The notes under the pieces were generated by a model. That model was not told where the DNA came from and made no database searches. It saw nothing but the letters and a program-made list of their open reading frames with translations. A stretch of 64,000 nucleotides of DNA from NCBI GenBank assembly GCA_050485365.1, contig JBJHBH010000006.1, forward strand, positions 6,985 through 70,984, given 5' to 3'. This document shows positions 58,623 through 64,000 of this stretch, one piece after another (position 1 is the first letter of the stretch; every line of letters starts with the position of its first letter). The DNA comes from Desulfuromonadales bacterium. Its GTDB lineage: Bacteria; Desulfobacterota; Desulfuromonadia; Desulfuromonadales; JACZKF01. Made by a program: the position numbers and the translations under genes.

Positions 58623-59048
58623 ATGAGATCGTGTGAGGGTATGGAATGTAAATACGACGAGAAAACTTCGATTGAGTGCAGAAGAGAACTGCTCGAAGGT
58701 GCTACAGATGCGGAACTTGTTGAATTATGGCCGAAGTTTTTGAAAGGCTATCGCGAAGGCAATGAGTTTATCAGTGAAACGTTGCGCACAGAAAAAGATA
58801 TATCCAAATCTGTCGACGAGCCGGGCATTTTCGCAATTATGCGAACGAATGATTCTGTTAAAAAAAGACAATTCGATGTGCTCGCTGAAAAAATAAAAGC
58901 AAAATCACTTATGCCGTACAATATTGGCTACGCTATTGCTCTAATTCTTGTGCAGCGAAAATTTCAGGAGGTCTTTCGATCTGCGCTCATGAATATAGAT
59001 CAAAAAATCGAGAAAGACAGAATCGCTGCCGAAGCGGCTGCAAACTGA
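58623..59048 (+). CDS. hypothetical protein (141 aa), low-GC
   Basis: AGGAGG RBS. No family recognised. Confidence 0.45.
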   Translation: MRSCEGMECKYDEKTSIECRRELLEGATDAELVELWPKFLKGYREGNEFISETLRTEKDISKSVDEPGIFAIMRTNDSVKKRQFDVLAEKIKAKSLMPYNIGYAIALILVQRKFQEVFRSALMNIDQKIEKDRIAAEAAAN

Positions 59049-59083
59049 TTCATAGAATCATGAAATCAACTACGGAGGGCGAA

Positions 59084-59347
59084 ATGACAATGAACAACAC
59101 ACATCAACTGCCGAGCGACGATGAAATGATTATAAATTGGTATTCTCAAATTGAAGACGCCGGACCGGCTCAACCGCTCGCGCGACTTGATGCGCTCATC
59201 GAAGCGGCGCCTGAATCTGTCATGCAAACTGATTATTACCATTACCTGCGTGGCCTTGCCGATGGCCGCCGGCTGCACGAGCACTGGGGCGGTGTCGGCG
59301 GCGTCGATATCTTCAAGGATCTCGAGCCCGTTGTTCTGAAAGGCTGA
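59084..59347 (+). CDS. hypothetical protein (87 aa)
   Basis: The ATG at 59084 follows GGAGGG. The track ORF starts at 59060. Confidence 0.4.
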   Translation: MTMNNTHQLPSDDEMIINWYSQIEDAGPAQPLARLDALIEAAPESVMQTDYYHYLRGLADGRRLHEHWGGVGGVDIFKDLEPVVLKG

Positions 59348-59425
59348 TTCTGACTCTCGCTCCTGGGGAGAGTTGATTAATTAACATTCTCTCCCCCGGA
59401 AGCGGGGGGCATAGGAGGGAAAATC

Positions 59426-61480
59426 ATGGAAATGACACCGCCGCCGGGCGATCTCAGTGTGAAAATTCTTGATTCAGTTTTCGGTGTTGGTTGGCAGTCA
59501 ATTGCGACCGGCACCGACCCGGCGGGCGGCGCGGGGGCGGTGACTCAGATCTTGAGCATGTTCAACGCTCTCGTGCTATCTGCGACGATCGTGATGATGA
59601 TTTATGTGATCATGGTCGGAATTGTGGGAACGGCTCACGAGGGCAAGCCTTTGGGCTCTCGGTACTCGACGATCTGGACGCCGTTGCGCACGATTTTCTC
59701 CGTTTCTCTGTTGATGCCCCTTCCGTGGGCGGGGGTCTCGCTTCTGCAAGCATTGATGATGTCGATGATTTATGGATCAATCGGCTTTGCCTCTGGTGTT
59801 TGGGGGCTTGCTGCTGATCATCTTCAAACCCGGGGCACGATCACGACGAGCGTCGCGACCGCCCCGGCGACGCTTGAAGCAGACTCGCTCACCGCTGCGA
59901 TGCTGCAGATCCGAGCGCGGCAGGCGTCTTTTGTGTTTGTTGGCTATGAAGACCCGGGCGGCGACCTGGAGTGGCGACAAGACCCAGCAAGCATGTCTGG
60001 GAGCTATGTTTTTAACGCAAAAGCGGGACCTTACACTCTCGGAAATGTGTCGATCCCGTGCCCCGCTGGCGCTGATGATCCGCTTTGTGAGGCACGCAAA
60101 GAAGCCTTTTATGAGCTTGTCAGTGCGATCGACCCCGAAGCTATTGTCTTTCTCGAAGACTCGCGCCCAGTGTCGTCTTTTGCTCTGTCAACCGCTGCGA
60201 ATCGCTATGCTGCGCGAATCGCAGAAGCTGCGCCAGCGTCAGCGATGTTTCGCGACGAGCAGAAGCAAATACGCATGAGCGAATGGCGCGAAAAAGCGCA
60301 GAATGACGGCTGGCTCGGCGTTGCATCTTACTATTGGTCTGTATCGAGAGAGAGCCGAGATATCGGTCAAGCAGTCGCAGCGCCCCCGGTGATTGCAACT
60401 GTAACAGCGCTCGAAGTGATCCCGGGTGAAGTTCGCGCAGAGCTGTCGGCTGTCGAAGCTGCTGCGGTTCGATGGAGCGACAGCCGCGCGCGCGAACGTT
60501 CCGGCGGGGCGGGTGGAGGCTACGAGCTCCTCGGCGGGCTCGTCTCATTACCGAGCCCGGCCGAATGGCTCGCCGGTTCCGGCGATCCGGTCGTTCAACT
60601 CGCTGGGGTCGGGCACGGCATGATCTCGACAGGCCATGCGCTTGCTGGAACCGTTGCGGCTGCAGGCACAGCGGCAGCGACAGCGAACGCAGTGTCAGGC
60701 GTTGCGAGCGGGATTCCGATCGTGGGCGGCATTGTGAACGCTGTGGCGACGGGCGCGTCTGCGATCATGTCCGCGGGTCTCACCACAGCGAAATTTTTAC
60801 TCGTTCCGCTCTACGTTCTCGGCGCGACTCTCGCTTACTATGTCCCTGCAATACCAATGATTTTGTGGATTCTCGCGGTTGTCGGCTGGCTGCTCATGGT
60901 CATGCAGTGCATAATTGCCGCGCCGCTCTGGGCGGCGGCGCACGCGATCCCCGAAGGCGAAGGGCTGGCAGGCGCGCACGGGCGGCAAGGGTATCTGCTG
61001 TTTCTCGGCGTGCTGATCCGTCCGCCGCTGATGGTGGTGGGTTTGCTGCTCAGCGCGGTCCTCGCGTCCGGGATTTTCTCCGCGATCGGCTCGGCTTTCA
61101 GCGCGTTTGCTGGCGATTCGATGAGAGACGATATTGTCGGATACGTCACGATGTCGCTCATAATGACCGGCCTCGTGCTCACGGTAATGCACAAACTGTA
61201 CGGATTAATTACGTTTTTGCCTGATCAAGCAATGTCTTACATTGGGCACCTGATGCAGGGCCAAGACTCTTCGAGCGATGAAGCGGCGGTTGCGCGAGCT
61301 GCGAGCGGTGCGGCGCCGGGGCTCGCAGGGAGCGCGGGGCGGCTACAGAGCCTCGGCAGCGGCAGGGCTCCGGGGGCCGGAACCGGCGCAGGAACCACCC
61401 CGCGGCCCGGCGCCGGATCGCCGCCGGGGTCAGGGGCGACGCCGGGGCGAGAGACGATGCATCAACCCGGCAGCGTTTAA
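59426..61480 (+). CDS. polytopic membrane protein, DotA/TraY-like (alternatively VirB6/TrbL-like)
   Basis: N-terminal PPPGDLSVKILDSVFG ... MFNALVLSATIVMMIYVIMVGIVGTAHEGKPLGSRYSTIWTPLRTIFSVSLLMP resembles the conserved DotA/TraY N-terminal block as I remember it. Many C-terminal TM segments and a Gly/Ala/Pro-rich tail. Confidence 0.5.
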   Translation: MEMTPPPGDLSVKILDSVFGVGWQSIATGTDPAGGAGAVTQILSMFNALVLSATIVMMIYVIMVGIVGTAHEGKPLGSRYSTIWTPLRTIFSVSLLMPLPWAGVSLLQALMMSMIYGSIGFASGVWGLAADHLQTRGTITTSVATAPATLEADSLTAAMLQIRARQASFVFVGYEDPGGDLEWRQDPASMSGSYVFNAKAGPYTLGNVSIPCPAGADDPLCEARKEAFYELVSAIDPEAIVFLEDSRPVSSFALSTAANRYAARIAEAAPASAMFRDEQKQIRMSEWREKAQNDGWLGVASYYWSVSRESRDIGQAVAAPPVIATVTALEVIPGEVRAELSAVEAAAVRWSDSRARERSGGAGGGYELLGGLVSLPSPAEWLAGSGDPVVQLAGVGHGMISTGHALAGTVAAAGTAAATANAVSGVASGIPIVGGIVNAVATGASAIMSAGLTTAKFLLVPLYVLGATLAYYVPAIPMILWILAVVGWLLMVMQCIIAAPLWAAAHAIPEGEGLAGAHGRQGYLLFLGVLIRPPLMVVGLLLSAVLASGIFSAIGSAFSAFAGDSMRDDIVGYVTMSLIMTGLVLTVMHKLYGLITFLPDQAMSYIGHLMQGQDSSSDEAAVARAASGAAPGLAGSAGRLQSLGSGRAPGAGTGAGTTPRPGAGSPPGSGATPGRETMHQPGSV

Positions 61481-61504
61481 GTTGCGTTTTGTCAAACATT
61501 TTCA

Positions 61505-61537
61505 AGAGCTTGGGCGATTGTCCAGGCTCTTTTTTTT
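61505..61537 (+). terminator. rho-independent terminator after the DotA/TraY-like gene
   Basis: AGAGCTTGG-GCGATTGT-CCAGGCTCT followed by T8. Confidence 0.75.
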
Positions 61538-61808
61538 GGGCCGAAAATCAGGAAAACGGCGACAACCATTAGGGCGTTGCCCCCCGGTGAATCTGGGGGC
61601 CGCTCTGGCTAACGCGAAAGGCGAAGGGCAAAGGCAAGAGCAAGGGGCCTTTCTGAGTGCTCCCCCTGCCCCCGAGCTCCAGGAAAACCGCTCTGGAACT
61701 CCGGGGCAGATCGGGGGAGAGAGCGCCCCGCACTCGACAAGCGAGCGCCGGGCGGGGTCAAGAAACAGGCAAAGGCACGCTGCGCGAGGTCGAATCATTC
61801 TGCCATCG

Positions 61809-61894
61809 CCGGGTTCCCTCCCTTCCCCTCTCCCCGGCTGCTGCGCTTCGCTGGCATCCCGGGAGGGGTCCCCGGGTCGGCGCCTCGTGGCGCC
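61809..61894. repeat. left copy of the structured inverted repeat
   Basis: CCGGGTTCCCTCCCTTCCCCTCTCCCCGG (29 nt), a variable stretch, GAGGGGTCCCCGGGTCGGCG (20 nt), and hairpin GGCGCC-TCGT-GGCGCC. Confidence 0.9.
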
Positions 61895-62210
61895 CGGCTC
61901 AAGCTAAGGTGTCGGAGTTTTGGGGCTTTTTTTAGACCCGGTTGTTGAGAGAGGTGGTTGATTCGGCCTCGGCGCCTGGAGTGGAGCGACGGCGGAGGGC
62001 CGGGCGGTCTGGTTCCGGGGGAGGATTTTCTAATGTTCTCGCTTTCCATCCGCATACACACTTAAAAACGGACAGACCGCCGTCACCTGAATGATAGCAT
62101 ATACCGTGCCAAAAACAGACAGCAGGCCGTCACTTTATATAGACATCTATAGACATTGCATTTTAAACTGCATACATCATAAAAAACAGACAGCATAGCA
62201 TAATAAAAAG

Positions 62211-62239
62211 TTGACAGTATGCCGTTTATGGAATATCAT
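62211..62239 (+). promoter_or_regulatory. near-consensus sigma70 promoter of the 62293 operon
   Basis: TTGACA, 17 nt, TATCAT. About 50 nt upstream of the AAAAGGAGG RBS. Confidence 0.6.
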
Positions 62240-62292
62240 TTTATGCATGATGAATTAAAACAGCATGCAGTCAGGGAAAAGGAGGTGGTCAC

Positions 62293-62733
62293 ATGCAATT
62301 GCGAGAAGTCGGCCGGAAGATCCAGATGCTTCGAACTGAGTACGTCCCCGCGCAGCGCGACGAGAGCGGAAACCTCATCAGGGGCACAGGGCGCAGCAAA
62401 ATCAAGATGCTCGGGAGTTTTGATTCTTGGGAAAGCAGTATTGACGGCATCGACCAGGAGACCCTTGAGAAACTGACCGACGCCGAACGCGGGGAGCTTG
62501 AAGGGCATTTCGAGCAAAAAAAACGCGATGACTTAGCGCGGAGCTTGCGGCATGCGCCTGGATATATTGTCAACAAACTGCGCTTGCTCGCTGATAATTG
62601 TGAACATGAACAGAGAGCAACAGACAAACAAGTTGACGAGATCCGCGCAGCATTGAGCGAACTGATGAAAGTGAGAAGGGCAGCGAGGCGGAAATTAAAG
62701 AATTCTACCTCGGAAGGCAAGGGCGAGGCTTGA
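62293..62733 (+). CDS. hypothetical protein (146 aa)
   Basis: Strong RBS, charged/helical sequence, no family recognised. Confidence 0.55.
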   Translation: MQLREVGRKIQMLRTEYVPAQRDESGNLIRGTGRSKIKMLGSFDSWESSIDGIDQETLEKLTDAERGELEGHFEQKKRDDLARSLRHAPGYIVNKLRLLADNCEHEQRATDKQVDEIRAALSELMKVRRAARRKLKNSTSEGKGEA

Positions 62734-62737
62734 AATA

Positions 62738-63103
62738 ATGGAGGCGAAAATGGCGGAATTCGGCGGCGGGCTGGAGAGGCTGGCGATTATTATCAGGGCG
62801 AAGGACCGAGAGCTCTTGCAGATGAGAACGGAAATCGAGTGCGAGCTCGCCAAGATCGATGCAGAGCTTGCACGGCAAGAGCAGGAGTACGAAACCGGGC
62901 TACAGAAGTGGACAAAGGCGGCCGTACGGTACGGCAACGGTGAACGCAAACGAGACCCAGGCAGGCCGAAACTGCCGGACCTTATCGACGCGCGGGCGAC
63001 ACATAGCGAGCAGACGCGGCGATGGCGCGCGGAGTTGAATGCTGTCGTCGGTGAGCAAGAGCGGCGAGAGAAGAAACTGAGGGAGAGGGTGGGGGCGAAA
63101 TAG
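62738..63103 (+). CDS. hypothetical coiled-coil protein with AT-hook-like PGRPK motif
   Basis: ORF start 62738. An alternative ATG at 62750 follows GGAGG. Confidence 0.5.
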   Translation: MEAKMAEFGGGLERLAIIIRAKDRELLQMRTEIECELAKIDAELARQEQEYETGLQKWTKAAVRYGNGERKRDPGRPKLPDLIDARATHSEQTRRWRAELNAVVGEQERREKKLRERVGAK

Positions 63104-63173
63104 CCTTTCCCTTTCCTTCCCCACGCCTTGGATCTAAAGGCCGAAACCTGCACCGCCGCAGCCAGAGCCGAAG

Positions 63174-63261
63174 GGCGGCACGGGCCGCCGACCCGGGGAC
63201 CCCTCGCCGGTCCGCCGCGCAGCCAGGCGGAACCGGGGAGAGGGGAAGGGAGGGAACCCGG
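63174..63261. repeat. right copy of the structured inverted repeat (reverse orientation)
   Basis: Contains the exact reverse complements of the 20-nt and 29-nt blocks of the left copy. The plus strand reads GGGGAGAGGGGAAGGGAGGG. Confidence 0.9.
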
Positions 63262-63509
63262 AGGCGAAGCAGAGCGGTAGGACAAAAAGTTAAAGCCCTC
63301 TACTCCGGGGAGTGAGGGCTTGCCCCTGCGTGCAGGGAAGAAACTTGAACCGCTCGGCCAGCATGGCTGGGCCGAATCTTTCTACCCCTGCGTACAGGGA
63401 GAGACAGAGCCCGCGGCGAGGGAAGTGAACACCTGGAGGGGGGGAAGGTGGCCGCTCCCCCCGTCGCGAACCTTAATAAGGTCTACACGTTAGGGGCGAG
63501 AGAGTCAAG

Positions 63510-63734
63510 CTAATACCGAGGCGATGAACTGTTATCGAAAAGGTCAGAGCAAAAGTCTCGAAGTGCTGTAATGGCGCCCTCTATGGTGTCGAATGGTGAT
63601 CCATCCAAGGGCGCGCCCTCTAGATTAAAAGCATAATAGGTCCGATTTGTTCCACCATTCTCCTTGATTTCCTTGCAGGAGATTAGGCGAATCAGGCCGT
63701 CGATGTCGGTAATCCTTTTTCCCTCAACTGTCAT
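63510..63734 (-). CDS. hypothetical 74-aa protein translationally coupled to the integrase
   Basis: Start MTVEGKRITD after AGGAGG. Its ATG overlaps the integrase stop (ATGA). Confidence 0.5.
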   Translation of the reverse strand: MTVEGKRITDIDGLIRLISCKEIKENGGTNRTYYAFNLEGAPLDGSPFDTIEGAITALRDFCSDLFDNSSSPRY

Positions 63735-64000
63735 TGTGTACCTCCTGTTTTCCTTAATGGAATCACCCTCCCCTCCTCTTTCAGCCCGTCCAAATAGTCC
63801 GCCCAGGCCTGCATCATCTTCCGCCTCTCCGGAAGATGCTCTGCAAAATTGTACGCGGCTTTGACCTTGTTCCGCTCCCCGTGCGCGAGCTGTCGTTCGA
63901 TCACGGCCGAAGGCCACCCCTGTTCATGCAGCATCGTTGACGCGATCGACCGGAACCCGTGGCCGGTCATTTCGTCCTTGCCGTAACCGAGGCGACGGAG
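63731..64000 (-). CDS. int: tyrosine recombinase, P4-type integrase (C-terminal part; 5' end beyond the window)
   Basis: ...MTGHGFRSIASTMLHEQGWPSAVIERQLAHGERNKVKAAYNFAEHLPERRKMMQAWADYLD. The frame stays open to position 64000. Confidence 0.85.
   Translation of the reverse strand, partial: LRRLGYGKDEMTGHGFRSIASTMLHEQGWPSAVIERQLAHGERNKVKAAYNFAEHLPERRKMMQAWADYLDGLKEEGRVIPLRKTGGTQ

Larger units (their letters stand above)
50680..64000. mobile_element. integrated mobilizable/conjugative element (continues past the window)
   Basis: tRNA-fragment boundary, AT-hook/AlpA-like gene, Rep-like gene, RHH + coupling protein + MOBF-type relaxase, DotA/TraY-like protein, P4-type integrase at the window edge, and patchy low GC. 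Confidence 0.8.

Noticed and set aside
61278-62061. ORFs 61278..61907 (+), 61502..61798 (-), 61657..61935 (+) and 61795..62061 (-).
   Set aside because: They are Arg/Gly/Pro/Ser-rich low-complexity translations that overlap one another and the hairpin and inverted-repeat structures. None has an RBS, so the region is treated as non-coding.
63323-63406. Calling a CRISPR array.
   Set aside because: There are only two imperfect repeats and no cas genes or leader in the window. It is kept as an observation, not annotated as CRISPR.

Overview
GC-rich bacterial chromosomal window. The gene content resembles anaerobic nitrate- and metal-respiring Deltaproteobacteria of the Geobacter/Desulfuromonas type, but the taxon cannot be proven without a database search. 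All protein family names are my reading of motifs in the supplied translations. Start codons were chosen by RBS and context.

The window has three parts.

(1) 1-17.6 kb, all on the minus strand: a nitrate-to-ammonium respiration supercluster.
- cytochrome c-narG-narH-narJ-narI followed by two narK transporters. narG is broken by one frame change at a G4/C4 run.
- An atypically long Tat-dependent NapA-like molybdoenzyme preceded by a monoheme cytochrome, then napG-napH-napD.
- An octaheme CxxCK nitrite reductase.

(2) 17.9-50.6 kb: regulators, ion-homeostasis genes and stress genes.
- Regulators and sensing: PAS/sigma54 activator, histidine kinase, MCP with a heme-c sensor motif.
- A DUF3793-DUF2325 pair and a pair of multicopper-oxidase-like proteins.
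- Two Kef-type antiporters.
- A lower-GC resolvase/RelBE/MscS islet.
- A DUF1538x2-PII-CBS module flanked by paralogous tandem-USP genes.
- An orphan secF, an aldehyde dehydrogenase, and a patch of gene fragments.
- A TetR-controlled OsmC/HAD group with three copies of one operator.

(3) 50.68 kb to beyond 64 kb: an integrated mobilizable element.
- It is bounded on the left by a 20-nt tRNA 3'-end fragment and carries a P4-type integrase at the right window edge.
- It has an R388-like trwA/trwB/trwC-type transfer module. The relaxase has one in-frame TGA.
- It carries a lone DotA/TraY-like membrane protein and a Rep-like wHTH gene.
- Its non-coding DNA is unusually elaborate: three abutting 12 x 9-bp tandem arrays, phased GTTTACA/TGTAG repeats (probable oriT), long GC-rich hairpins, and a two-gene cassette bracketed by about 85-bp structured inverted repeats containing a G-quadruplex motif.

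The element's repeat architecture is the most unusual thing in the window.
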